Below are positions 53,867 through 64,000 of a DNA stretch of 64,000 nucleotides, piece by piece. Origin of the DNA: an uncultured Chloroflexia bacterium (GTDB taxonomy: Bacteria; Chloroflexota; Chloroflexia; Thermomicrobiales; UBA6265). Below the pieces are notes generated by a model that worked only from the letters and a program-made list of their open reading frames with translations, was not told the origin of the DNA and searched no databases. The translations under genes and the position numbers were made by a program. Location of the stretch: the NCBI GenBank assembly GCA_963724295.1, contig CAVRUC010000006.1, positions 54,096-118,095 of the forward strand, given 5' to 3'. Position 1 is the stretch's first letter. Every line of letters begins with the position of its first letter.

Positions 53867-54248
53867 CTAGGACGGGTTCTTCCTGGCAGCGACCGCGACC
53901 GGTTGACGCCGCCGCAGAAGAGCCCGTCGCAGCAATCGCAGTGGTTCTTGTCCGGGTCATTGCTGCACCGATGCCCCTTCCAGTCCGCAGCAGCGACGCC
54001 CGCTCAAGGATCGAGCACGTCGCGGTTGGGAACTCGCGGCACGCGGTCTTCTTTCCACAGCACTGCCCTCTGCGATTGCATGACCGACGCCGCTTTCGGC
54101 AGTCCCCCGCCTCGACATCGGCGCCGCCCATCCCGAGTCGCGCCACCAGCGCGACCGAGATACCGCCGGCAACCGTCTTTACCGCTTCGCGCCGGGGAAT
54201 GCTGGCGATAAGCTTTTTGGCGACCTGATCGAGACGCTTGACATCCAT
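53867..54248 (-). CDS. Small secreted Cys-rich protein with RLDxV leader (frameshifted; 3' end approximate)
   Basis: MDVKRLDQVAKKL...PRREAVK, hydrophobic helix, CRKRRRSCNRRGQCCG; more Cys-rich segments in shifted frames. Confidence 0.65.
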
Positions 54249-54848
54249 GGTTTGTTTCCCTCGGCGCCATCCTGGACGCGATCGCCGGCGACAGAACGCC
54301 GGCTACTCGAAGCCGCCACGAGACCCTACTCTAGATGAAGCGGGCTCCGTGTCAACCCGACTCGACCGTGCGGAAGAGCGAGACGCCGCCGATTGCTGTT
54401 TGCACCCCAGGTGCGAGAGCTAACGGCTTCCACTCCCGTACACAATCGCTGATGCGTTTGCGCCCTGATCTGCTGGACGAGCGATGGCGAGAAGTGGCGG
54501 ATCGCGGCCTGATGAGACAATCAGACCATTGGCACACTCGGGGCGGCTACCGTGCGCATTGCAACCGCGACGAATCCGCCTCCCGCGTGTAATACCAGAC
54601 GTTTCACCCGGCCAATACAAAACACTACGTCGCTCGTGAAGTTGTCCTGCACGGAGCGCGAGGGCTGGCGCGGTGCTGCGTCACGGACAGCGACCTTCCG
54701 CCAACTGGCGCCAGGAGGTGAATCTGCCCACTGCAGGTTCAGGTTGCCGAAGATAGGCCGTGCTAACCTCATCCGCTCATTGCTGGCGTCATGGGGGCGA
54801 TGCCCGTGATCAGCGGTAGGCGGAAGGGCGAAGAGCTCGCGCGACGTC

Positions 54849-55842
54849 GTGGCGGGGGAAACGCCGATGCGCCGGGCATCTGAACGGTCAGAGCGGACCG
54901 CAAAGGAGCTGGCGGCGCTCGACGCGTGGCGCAGGTCGATACTCGTGGTCTTCGCGGCCAGTCTGCTGCTGGCGACGATCGTGGTCGCGGTGGCCGTCGG
55001 TTCCCGGCGAGGAGCGACGGAGACGACGCAAGACCTCGCCCAGGCCGCGATCACCCCGCAATCATTACCGACAGTCCCTGCCGCTGCCGGGGCCACCCCT
55101 GATGCCACGGTCACGCCAACCCCGCGAGTCGATCGCCGCCGAGCCGACGCCGACGCTGAGGCCGCGCTCGGCCGCCACTCCCTCGGCGAGCAGCTATCGC
55201 GATCCGCGCCGGCGGGCATCGCGGTCGCATCGGAGACACCATCTCCAGGAGCGGGCCCGGCCGGGACGCCGCCACTTCCTGCCGTGTCCAGCGCGACTGC
55301 CACCGCGACACAAGCACCCGCGGCGGCGGGCTCCACCGGGCTCATCCCCGCGGCAAGCTGGGAGGGCGCCTATCATCCGCGAGATGTCCTGTCACTTTGG
55401 CCGTCCCTGGGTGGCGATCTATGGCGATCTGAGCGTCTACCCGGAGGCAACCGCGGCCATTCGGCTGGATGCGCCGCCGACCGGTCCGGCCACTCTGACG
55501 CTGACCGGGATCGACGACGAGTGGATCGATCTCAACCCGATTGCGGTCGAGGTGAACGGGCAGCAAGTCTTCGCCGGGGCCAGCCCGTTCGCCAATTGGG
55601 ATGGCACCACCACCGGCGCCGCCACGGCGTGGACCCCGGTGACGATCACGATCGCACCCGAGCTGCTCGAGGCTGGCCGGAACAGGATCACCGTCGCCAA
55701 TCTCTCGCCGAGTGTGACCGTCGGTTCCCCGCCGTACGTCCTGCTCGGCGATGCGTCTCTGCAGGCGCCTGGCGCGACGGTGACCGTCCTGGAACCTGAA
55801 CCGGAAGCGCAACCCGAAGGTTCGGGTCAGGACGGTGGCTAG
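54849..55842 (+). CDS. Membrane-anchored protein with Pro/Ala/Thr linker and beta-sandwich-like C-terminal domain (frameshift ~55385)
   Basis: One TM segment ILVVFAASLLLATIVVAVAV; shifted frame GRPWVAIYG...IAVEVNG...GRNRITV. Confidence 0.65.
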
Positions 55843-55954
55843 GATGAGGGCGACAATGGTTGACCGGCGCACGCGGAGACCGGCTCCGGCTCCACGGCTA
55901 CTGGCGCCACAGAGTCGTTGGCGACCGTCGTTACGCCCCGTGTTCCTGCTTGCC

Positions 55955-56527
55955 CTATGCGCCCGTCTCCCCAAGGAGATCGGCGTAGGCCCAGCCCCTC
56001 ACCCCGCCGTAGTCGACCGTGACGTAGCCGTTCTCGGCCCCCTCTCGGGTCAGGGTCACCACCCCACCGAGCGGGATGACGAGGATGGGTTCGGCTTCCA
56101 TCGCCGGAGCACTGCGCAGCATCAGCGGGGCAAGCGTCACCCGAGCATTGGAACTGGTCGTGGTGGACGGAGCCGGAGGTGCTGTTGAAGCAGGCGGCGC
56201 ATAGCCGGCGATGCTCTTGGGAGCGGGAAAGACCCCGTCCGCAATCACCCAACCCGACACTCCACCATACGTGACCGGGACGAGCCGGTTCGTCTCGGCC
56301 CCCGCACCCCGCACGAGCAGACTCCCTTGCGGAACGGTTTGGAGGACCGTCGCCTCGAGCCGTGGCTCCTGGAGCAGGTTAAGGGGGACGCCAGCCGCAA
56401 CCACACAGTTGGTGCAGCTCTGAGCATGGGCTGCTGGCGGGGCCTGGATCACCGAGAATGCGAGGGAACCGAGGACGAGTACGACCCGTAGCACATTTGC
56501 CTGAGGCCACGTTGCGCGGGACATCAT
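55955..56527 (-). CDS. Secreted protein with two bacterial SH3 domains
   Basis: Signal peptide ending AHA-Q; LNLLQEP...VTYGGVSGWV and LMLRSAP...VDYGGVRGWAY. Confidence 0.85.
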   Translation of the reverse strand: MMSRATWPQANVLRVVLVLGSLAFSVIQAPPAAHAQSCTNCVVAAGVPLNLLQEPRLEATVLQTVPQGSLLVRGAGAETNRLVPVTYGGVSGWVIADGVFPAPKSIAGYAPPASTAPPAPSTTTSSNARVTLAPLMLRSAPAMEAEPILVIPLGGVVTLTREGAENGYVTVDYGGVRGWAYADLLGETGA

Positions 56528-57426
56528 GGCACCTCTCTTCCGGATGCGGGGACTCCTCTCCCACCATCCTGATGGGCATGAACGCTAGGTGTGCTGCTGC
56601 TGTGTCACCTTGCCCCCTTTCAGTCTGAGAAAAACGATGCGGGTGGGGCGTTGGGTTCGTTTGTCGAACGGTTGGGAGGGTCGGTGCCCGAGGGGCCTTC
56701 ACTGGCTATCTGGTGCGACTCGTGCAGTGATTGAGGTGTTCCGCTGTGCGTCCTACTCTAGCACAATGGCCAGTTACGTCAAGCTAAGAACGGTCTGTGC
56801 AGGTTGCGCTTCATCGCTGACAACGCAGAGGAACACTGGCATTCTGAGCGTCGAGAATGAGCAGTGTTCCCCGCACTATCTCCGGCTGGCGGTCTGCATC
56901 TGTGAATTCTTCCGCTCTTTCGCGCTCTCATCCGCCGAAAGAAAGCGCTTGCGGTGCCGAACACAATCCCACTCCATCGACACCTCTGTTGTCTTGGACG
57001 GATAGTGAGGGCTGGGAGATCGCGATCTGACCGAGCCGGTGAAGCCACTGCTGGGAGGAGCCATTGGCCGTCTCTCTGTACACGCCGGTTGACAGGTACC
57101 GCCGATCCGATCAAGGTTCTACGCGACAACCATGACATGAATATAGTCGTGTCAGCGGCCGCTAATGACCGCACAAAGGGCGCCTTCGCCTGCCATGGGT
57201 TTCTAAGCCCAAGCAATGTACTGGACACGATTGATACGGAATCCGGATGTAGTCGAGGGGAATAGCCCAAGGACTGACTGCTCCCGCTCCGCAGACGCGA
57301 CGATCTAGGGTCCCAGTTGTGTCGGACGGCGTTCGTGCTTTCTCGTTCCCTATATGGATCCTGCCGACCATTCCCCACGCGGGCGCGGGTAGCAAGTCAA
57401 AGTACCCACGCCCGAGGTCAAGGTTG

Positions 57427-58551
57427 CTATTCGAGGATCCACTCGTTCCAACGATCGATCACCGCGTCGCGATTCTCCGCCCACCACATCTCATCGCGCA
57501 GGAAGAGTTTTGGCCGCAACTCAGGCGCCGTCGGCAGCTGAGCAAGCTGTTCTTCCGGAATCAACTCCGCGGCTTTGCTGTTTACAAATCCGTAGGGGAT
57601 CAGCATCGAGAATCGGGCCTGCGGTTCAGGGAGCGTGCAGAAGGCACAGAATTTGAGCGCGTTCTCCTTGTTGGGCGCCCCTTTGACAATTGCCCAATCG
57701 TCCTCCGCTAATAGGCCTTCATTCCACTGTATTTCGACCGGAGCCCCTTCCGCTTTTACGGGAGCAATGCGTCCATTGAAGGCAACGGCGAGCGGCACCT
57801 CGTTGTCGGTCAGCATCTGCGCTGGCTGGGCTCCAGTCTCCCACCACGTGAGCACGTGAGGCTTGATCCGATCGAACGAGGCGAAGGCACGGTCGATGTC
57901 GATCGGGTACACCTCGTCCTTTGGCACACCATCGGCGATGACCGCCGCCTCCAGGAACGGCAGCTGAGCCGCTGCAGGCATAGTGCGATTACCAGGAAAT
58001 CGCTCGACGTCCCAGAAATCTACCCACCCCTGTGGAGCTTCTGCAAAGGCGTCAGTGCGATACGCCAGAATCTCGGCAAACAACACCATGGCAAACGAAT
58101 CGGGGCGCAGCAGCGAACTATCGAGGTTCGCGGTGTCGAAGAGGGAATAGTCCATCTCCTCCCAGTAGCCGTCGAGGTTCAGGATATCCCCTCGACCAAG
58201 CTGGACCACGTCCCATTCAACATTACCCGTATCGACCATCGCCTTGACCTTCGATGGGTCTGGTCCCTCCGCCACGGTGACGGTAATTCCCGTCAACTCC
58301 TGAAACGGCTCGATGTAGGCCGCGAGTTGGGCATCCAACACCGCTCCCCCGAACGAGGCGATGATGACTTCTCCGCTTCCCTGTAGGGCATCCGGAACCT
58401 CTTCGATCATTGGCAGCGTCGGGGTCGCCTCCTGAGCATGCGCCTGGGTTCCGACACCCAGGGGCCCCACCAAGGTTGCACTGCCAACTGCGGCGGCGAA
58501 CCGACTGCCGCGGCGCATCAGTTCTCGTCTCGTAAGATCTCGACTACTCAT
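57427..58551 (-). CDS. ABC transporter substrate-binding protein (PotD/PotF-like), Tat signal
   Basis: LTRRELM; SFGG, NVEWDVV, WVDFWDVERFPG, IDRAFASFDRIKP, FNGRI. Confidence 0.9.
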   Translation of the reverse strand: MSSRDLTRRELMRRGSRFAAAVGSATLVGPLGVGTQAHAQEATPTLPMIEEVPDALQGSGEVIIASFGGAVLDAQLAAYIEPFQELTGITVTVAEGPDPSKVKAMVDTGNVEWDVVQLGRGDILNLDGYWEEMDYSLFDTANLDSSLLRPDSFAMVLFAEILAYRTDAFAEAPQGWVDFWDVERFPGNRTMPAAAQLPFLEAAVIADGVPKDEVYPIDIDRAFASFDRIKPHVLTWWETGAQPAQMLTDNEVPLAVAFNGRIAPVKAEGAPVEIQWNEGLLAEDDWAIVKGAPNKENALKFCAFCTLPEPQARFSMLIPYGFVNSKAAELIPEEQLAQLPTAPELRPKLFLRDEMWWAENRDAVIDRWNEWILE

Positions 58552-58647
58552 GGCTTTCCCTCCATCTCGATTTCCAGCTTGCTGAGCGACCAGGCGTTTT
58601 CCAATGGCCCAAGGAGACGGGATCCTAGGGGAGTGTCATCCACCATC

Positions 58648-59382
58648 CTACCGAGCCTCAATCGGCTCCAGAGCCGGTGATAAGTCAAACACGCGCCGTG
58701 GGCCAGCAGTCGGGGCAGCCCATCGTACCGCGTTCTGGATGACACGACCGACTGCCGGATCGTAGTAGGTTGGATGCCGCTCGTGACCCGGCCGGAAGTA
58801 GAAGATCTTGCCAGCTCCACGGCTATAGCACGCGCCAGAACGAAAAACTTCACCTCCAGCAAACCAACTGATGAAGACGAGCGTATCCGGTGGGGGGATG
58901 TCGAAGTGCTCACCGTACATTTCCTCTTCAGAAAGTTCGATGAACTCGCCAATCCCCTCGACGATCGGATGGTCGGGAGCCACCACCCAGAGACGCTCCT
59001 TTTCCCCATCGGCGCGCCACTTCAGGTCACAGGTCGTTCCCATCAGGCGCCGGAATATCTTCGAGAAGTGTGCCGAATGGAGGACGATCAGCCCCATCCC
59101 ATCGAGCACTCGCCGTTGCACGCGCTCGACTACTTCGTCCGCGACGTCCTTGTGGTGCATATGGCCCCACCAGACCAAGACATCAGTGTTGGTAAGGACG
59201 TCCTCACCAAGACCATGTTCTGGCTCGTCAAGCGTGGCGGTCCGCACCACAATGTCAGTTTCACCCTGGAGCACCTTGGCCAATTGCCCATGGATCCCTT
59301 CAGGATAGACGCGTGCGACTCGCTCTTCCTCTCGCTCCTGACGATACTCATTCCAGACGAGAACGTTGATCGGTGAACGCAC
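58648..59382 (-). CDS. thuA: ThuA-like (trehalose utilisation; class I GATase-like) protein
   Basis: [51 protein letters not shown]. Confidence 0.9.
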   Translation of the reverse strand: MRSPINVLVWNEYRQEREEERVARVYPEGIHGQLAKVLQGETDIVVRTATLDEPEHGLGEDVLTNTDVLVWWGHMHHKDVADEVVERVQRRVLDGMGLIVLHSAHFSKIFRRLMGTTCDLKWRADGEKERLWVVAPDHPIVEGIGEFIELSEEEMYGEHFDIPPPDTLVFISWFAGGEVFRSGACYSRGAGKIFYFRPGHERHPTYYDPAVGRVIQNAVRWAAPTAGPRRVFDLSPALEPIEAR

Positions 59383-59432
59383 ATTGACCTCTTTCCAGCC
59401 AGAGCGGCAATGCCCCTAAGTGATTCACATCT

Positions 59433-59463
59433 AGTCTCAACCCTCAAGCAACGCGAGAGTCAA
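59433..59463 (-). promoter_or_regulatory. MerR-type promoter with 19-bp spacer upstream of thuA
   Basis: Minus strand TTGACT-N19-GAGACT; imperfect dyad ACTCTC...GAGGGT overlaps the -35 and spacer; MerR gene adjacent. Confidence 0.7.
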
Positions 59464-59600
59464 GAGGAGTTGCCGTGATTCACCTTTGACGGATGCCGGG
59501 CCAGCCCTGATCGCCTGAATTGAGGTGTTGACAACGATCGCCATGGAGAAGCATCGCGTGACCAATTTTCTCGACCTTCCATCAGGGAGCGACGGGGTGG

Positions 59601-60413
59601 TTACTGAATTGGCCAAATGACCTCAGTCTTGTACCCATTGGGATCGTCCGACTCGGTCGGGCCGAGCCAAAAAACTTCACGTGGTGGCCCGGCTGCTTCA
59701 TGACCATGTCGTTGCATCCAACGGGCAAGCTGTTCGTATGAGCGGTGCAGCAGCGCATATGGACCAAGATGCAAAATCGTTGCGGCCGGGCCCCCGTCCA
59801 CAGTTTCCGTAATGATGCGTCCTCGTGGTTCAAGCTGTTCGAAAATCGGCACGAAGACCGTCATGTGGACGGCATTCTCATCATGGGCAGGATCAGGAAA
59901 GATCGCTCCAACCGGACCCACCGGGGCACGGCCGAATCGGCGAAGATGGCCCTGGAGCTCAGAGGCCAGAGCTCGCCATGTCCCGGACACTTCCATTTCG
60001 GGAACGCAGGCGCGGATGGATAGCACATTTTGCGGTTCGATACGGCGAGCGTGTACCGAGGCAGGAACTGGAAAGTCTTCATTCCCCTGGAGACGACGGA
60101 GATACGACAAGATTCGCTGCCCTTCTTCTACACGCTCTTCCATACGTCGCTGATGGAAGTTGAGGAGGTCGCGAACCGCTTCTGGATCATTCTCCTTTAG
60201 GTAACGGCGGACTTCATCGAGCGGCATGTCTAGCGCCCGCAGCAGCCGGATAGTTTCGGCGGCGCGGACTTGAGAAAGGCGGTAGTACCGATAGGAGGAA
60301 TCCGGATCGACCAAAGCAGGCCGGAGTAACCCAAGTTCATCGTAATAACGGAGCGAAGAAACGGACAGGCGGCAAATCTTCGAAAACCGCCCAATCGGGA
60401 CCAGGTTTTCCAT
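59601..60413 (-). CDS. MerR-family regulator with GyrI-like effector domain (BmrR-like)
   Basis: IGRFSKICRLSVSSLRYYDELGLLRP...YRYY; HLGPY...GPPREVF...TEVIWPI. Confidence 0.92.
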   Translation of the reverse strand: MENLVPIGRFSKICRLSVSSLRYYDELGLLRPALVDPDSSYRYYRLSQVRAAETIRLLRALDMPLDEVRRYLKENDPEAVRDLLNFHQRRMEERVEEGQRILSYLRRLQGNEDFPVPASVHARRIEPQNVLSIRACVPEMEVSGTWRALASELQGHLRRFGRAPVGPVGAIFPDPAHDENAVHMTVFVPIFEQLEPRGRIITETVDGGPAATILHLGPYALLHRSYEQLARWMQRHGHEAAGPPREVFWLGPTESDDPNGYKTEVIWPIQ

Positions 60414-61163
60414 CACGTGATCATCCCAGCTTGGCACTCATCGCCGCCAATCGCGTGGATAACGCGAATGACGGTAGTGTGGCTCGCGCCTTTATGGGGT
60501 CACCAGAGGCGCTATGACCGCTGCTTCCGCCGCACCCCCTACCAGTCGCCCCACACGCTCCCTCATGCTCGGCACCGCGGGGCCAACCGCCATGCGGATA
60601 CGTCCAAGGGAGATACGTTTCTGGAGATTTGTTCCAAGCACGCTAGCGGCGCATCTCTGGCGAGATTGTGGATGTCAGCACATTGCAGAGCGACGCGCTA
60701 GCAGACTCGAGTGCGCATGGAGGATTCCGCCCCACAAAGCCGAACGCCGACAAGGTGGGCGCATGCGCACCGCCGGTGAGTTCAGGAGATGGCCCGGTCC
60801 TGACCTCAGATGACCCTCCGGGCGCCGCCGCTCAGGCGGCTGTCGATCGCACCCGCGAAGGCCGTGCCCTGCAGGATGCCCCTTGGCGCGCGATAGCCAC
60901 CCGACATGGCGATTGCTCGTGGGATGTCAACCGCACCTGTTTCTCGAACCGCTCTCGGTCAATTTAGGAAGTGGGGGTGCCAACGCTGGAACCGTGAATG
61001 CGCTCGGCGTAGTTGCTCACGATCGCGGCTATATCGATACTGGCCCAAGCTAGGCTACAATATTGTCAATCTGCTCCGGTAATTAGAAACCGCGCCCCGG
61101 AATCGCCCAGCGTGCGTTGCGCATTGGAGGGCGTTGCGCCTAACTGCACTGTGGGGGACGAAG

Positions 61164-61886
61164 ATGACTGAGGTGAATCCGTTCGCTCTGGCAGAGTTCC
61201 GTGACAACCCGGAGCGGCGCTGCCCGGTCGTTCTCGTTCTCGACACATCAGCTTCCATGCGAGGCGAGGCGATCCGCCAGCTAAATGCTGGTCTTCAACA
61301 ACTGGCCAGAGATCTCCAGCGTGATCCACTCGCATCACTTCGCGTGGAGCTGGCCATCGTCAGCTTTGGCGGAACGGTTTCAACCGTCGACGTTCGAGAA
61401 GGTCGTGGCCACAACATCGCTGCGGATCCTGCTCTGGCTTTTGTGACCGTCGATGCCTTCAAACCACCGACCCTGCGAGCGAGCGGTGACACCCCGATGG
61501 GTACCGCCGTGCAGCAGGGACTTGACCTCCTACGTGGTCGTAAGAGCCTCTTCAAGGAAGGCGGCGTGCCGTATTTTCGGCCCTGGCTCTTTCTGATTAG
61601 CGACGGCGCGCCTACCGATCCTGATTGGATCCGGGCGGCGGAAGCGGCACGCCTTGAAGAAAGCGTCAACGGCGTTTTCGTCTTTCCCATCGGGGTCGAG
61701 CGTGCCGATCTCGCAACGCTCGCCATGTTCAGCAGTCAGCGGGCTCCAGCACTGCTATCCAACATTCAGGCGTTTCAAAGTTTGTTCCAGTGGTTGTCCG
61801 AGAGTCTTGCCGCCGTGGCGAATTCTCGTCCGGGCGAAATCGTCACACTCCCAACTGCAGGTTGGACCCAGATCGATCCGTCGTGA
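61164..61886 (+). CDS. TerY/YegL-like vWA protein
   Basis: NPERRCPVVLVLDTSASM (MIDAS), GDTPMG, YFRPWLFLISDGAPTD, FQWLSES. Confidence 0.92.
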   Translation: MTEVNPFALAEFRDNPERRCPVVLVLDTSASMRGEAIRQLNAGLQQLARDLQRDPLASLRVELAIVSFGGTVSTVDVREGRGHNIAADPALAFVTVDAFKPPTLRASGDTPMGTAVQQGLDLLRGRKSLFKEGGVPYFRPWLFLISDGAPTDPDWIRAAEAARLEESVNGVFVFPIGVERADLATLAMFSSQRAPALLSNIQAFQSLFQWLSESLAAVANSRPGEIVTLPTAGWTQIDPS

Positions 61887-62647
61887 CTTCCGCAGCTCTC
61901 GGCGCCGCCTGGACGTTCGTCGGTGCGAGCGTCGCTGGAACGGCACATCTCGCACGAGGGTGCGGCTGCCAAGACTGGTGGGGCGCCGCGGAGTTTTCGG
62001 GCCAGGACCTAGTCATCGCCGTGGCAGACGGCGCGGGATCTGCAGCCCATGCTGAACCGGCTGCACGCATTGCCGTCTCCTCCGCCATTCGAGCAGTCAT
62101 GGCACAAAGCACCATTGTCCCCTCGCCGGGAATCGAGGACATGCTTGAGCAGGCGTTTCGCGAGGTTCGAGAGGAACTTGAGTTATTCGCCGCGTGGCAA
62201 TCGGTTGAACTTGAAACGTATGCCACAACGTTGTCGCTGGTCATTGCCATGGATGACTGCACCGGCGTGGCCCAGACCGGCGATGGGATCGTGGTCGTAC
62301 GAACCGCCGATGGGCGGCTCTGCCCAGCATCTATCCCGCAACACGGCGTTTATGCCAATGAGACGCAGTTCGTTACGGGTCCAAATGGCGCGAAGCCCGG
62401 TTTTCTCGAGATTTGGGAATACGGCGCGGCGATTGCAGTGTTGACGGACGGCTTACTGCCGATTGCTGTCGACTATATCGATCACACTCCGCATGCGCCG
62501 TTCTTCGATCCTATGTTGGCTGAGGTCGCCACGACGACCGACACTGCGAGGACCTCAACACACCTCGCTGAGTTCCTCGCGAGTGAGCGAGTCTCGTCAC
62601 GCACTGACGATGATAAGACGCTCGTCCTCGCGGTCCGCCGAGGCTAA
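61883..62647 (+). CDS. PP2C-like phosphatase (YegK-like)
   Basis: ASVAGTAH...CQD, AVADGAGSA, ATTL, TGDG, YANET, LTDG, TDDDKT; GTG overlaps the vWA stop. Confidence 0.92.
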   Translation: MTSAALGAAWTFVGASVAGTAHLARGCGCQDWWGAAEFSGQDLVIAVADGAGSAAHAEPAARIAVSSAIRAVMAQSTIVPSPGIEDMLEQAFREVREELELFAAWQSVELETYATTLSLVIAMDDCTGVAQTGDGIVVVRTADGRLCPASIPQHGVYANETQFVTGPNGAKPGFLEIWEYGAAIAVLTDGLLPIAVDYIDHTPHAPFFDPMLAEVATTTDTARTSTHLAEFLASERVSSRTDDDKTLVLAVRRG

Positions 62648-62651
62648 TCCG

Positions 62652-63925
62652 GTGCCGTCGCATCCAGCGCTATCCGGGGCGGACATCGTTGTCCAAAACG
62701 ATCGCCGCCGGCGAGTGCGGCTTGATCGTCGCATTGGCGGCGGCGGAGAAGCGGAGGTCTACCAACTCAGGGGTCGCTCCAAGGTCCTGGCGAAGGTGTA
62801 CCGCGCAGCCCCGCCGACAGACTACCGAGCCAAACTCGAATGGATGATGCAGCATCCACCAACCCTCTCACGGCACCCTCAGCATGTCGCGATTGCCTGG
62901 CCAACCGATATGCTGTTCGACCGCACAATGACCCTCGTGGGATTTCTGATGCCCCGTGTCGAGGCTGGTTTTCCGCTCATCACCGCATTCAATCCCCGAC
63001 GCCGGGCCATAGTTCTCCCCCGATTCGATAGGCGACTGGCGTTCCAGGCAGCCCACAATCTGGCTCAAATCGTGGGCGACCTGCATGCCGGGGGATACGT
63101 GGTCGGTGATCTGAACGAGAGCAACGTGCTGGTCACGGAGAACGCGCGCATTTCGCTGATTGATATTGACTCGTTCCAGGTCCGGATACCCACAGCAGGC
63201 ACAGTCGTCACGTACCGCTCTCTCGTAGGCAAACCTGAGTACACACCGCCCGAACTTCAAGGCGTCAATTTCCGGTCAGTGGATCGCTCGTACGAACATG
63301 ACCGGTTTGCCCTGGCAGTTCTTATCTTTCAGCTTCTCATGGAGGGCACTCACCCATTCAGCGTCCAATGGCGAGGCGCCGGCGACCCCCCGTCTCTGGA
63401 GCGAGCCATTCGGGAGGGAATGTATCCATTCGCACCTACGACGCATCCGATCCAGGTTCCGCCGGGTGCACCGGGAATCGAGACGCTTGATGCAGCAACC
63501 GCAGATTTGTTTCGGCAGTGCTTTGTCACGGGACGTACCCGCCCTGACGCTCGACCAACCGGCCACGCGTGGGCCTGCGCCTCGCTGCAGCAGAGCAATC
63601 GTTGGCGAAGTGCCGCAAAGGGCATCGGTACGCCAGCCACCTAGCGTCGTGCCCGTATTGCCACGCATCCCAGAATCGCACTCGAAAGCGTGCCCCGTCG
63701 GTCCCTTCAGGGGTCGGCGCGCGGTCAGGCAAGGCACCGCCGCCGTTTGGAGGGGTGGCACCACCGGCGGCTGCCTCAGTGCTGAGTAAGCGGGCCGCAT
63801 CACGAAAGCCGTCGCTGTCTCCCTCGTTAGCAATGAAAGCAGCACCACCGGATCAGAAGGGGATACCGATCTGGCTCTGGGTCATCCTGGGCATCACTGC
63901 CATCCTGATCATGATGTATTTATAG
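62652..63925 (+). CDS. YegI-like Ser/Thr protein kinase with Cys/His motif and C-terminal TM helix (frameshift ~63575)
   Basis: GGGGEAEVY, AKVY, IAWP, VVGDLNESN, LIDIDS, EYTPPELQ, DRFALA, THPF; shifted frame CRKGH...HLASCPYC...WLWVILGITAILIMMYL. Confidence 0.88.
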
Positions 63926-64000
63926 GTGGCTGATGATCCCGTGCCTCCTCTAAACTCGGGCTCACGGCCTGCATCTGGGACTTCTTCCGCTCTTTGGCGC

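Noticed and set aside
56530..57420. Gene or ncRNA in the ~900-bp gap (likewise 54250-54850 and 60440-61160)
   Set aside because: ORFs lack motifs and RBSs and no RNA consensus was recognised; could be decayed sequence
8401..63925. More than a dozen frameshifted genes as pseudogenes or programmed frameshifts
   Set aside because: Indels are spread across unrelated genes with intact motifs on both sides and no obvious slippery sites; long-read error is the simpler explanation, though reads are needed to confirm

Overview
GC-rich bacterial DNA. Protein styles suggest Thermomicrobiales/Chloroflexota, which is an inference. Many single-base frameshifts look like long-read indel errors. 0-28 kb is mostly housekeeping and accessory genes: an OmpR two-component pair, pncB, a nucleoside hydrolase, a DEAD-box helicase, infA, a Mo-hydroxylase, peptidases, eda, an MFS transporter, a PLP decarboxylase, acylphosphatase and two cyclase-STAND proteins. 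This part also holds a rhodanese-CBS gene with an in-frame UGA at a Cys-like site (probable selenoprotein), and a 181-bp palindromic element that occurs once between genes and once in frame inside a CDS. The best candidate for an undescribed system is 28.4-43.9 kb. It contains an operon for an acidic-spacer/amphipathic-peptide polyprotein, an HExxH protease-like protein, three unknown proteins, three signal-peptide-less proteins built on a repeated PG-binding cassette, an amidohydrolase and an alpha-oxoamine synthase. Next to it are a c-di-GMP-I riboswitch upstream of a LuxR-type gene and a further cell-wall hydrolase that shares a duplicated 127-bp promoter block with the operon. 44-64 kb has secreted and Cys-rich proteins, a STAND-LuxR regulator, a MerR/ThuA/solute-binding protein unit and a TerY-P (vWA-PP2C-kinase) triad. 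No rRNA, tRNA, CRISPR array or transposase was recognised.
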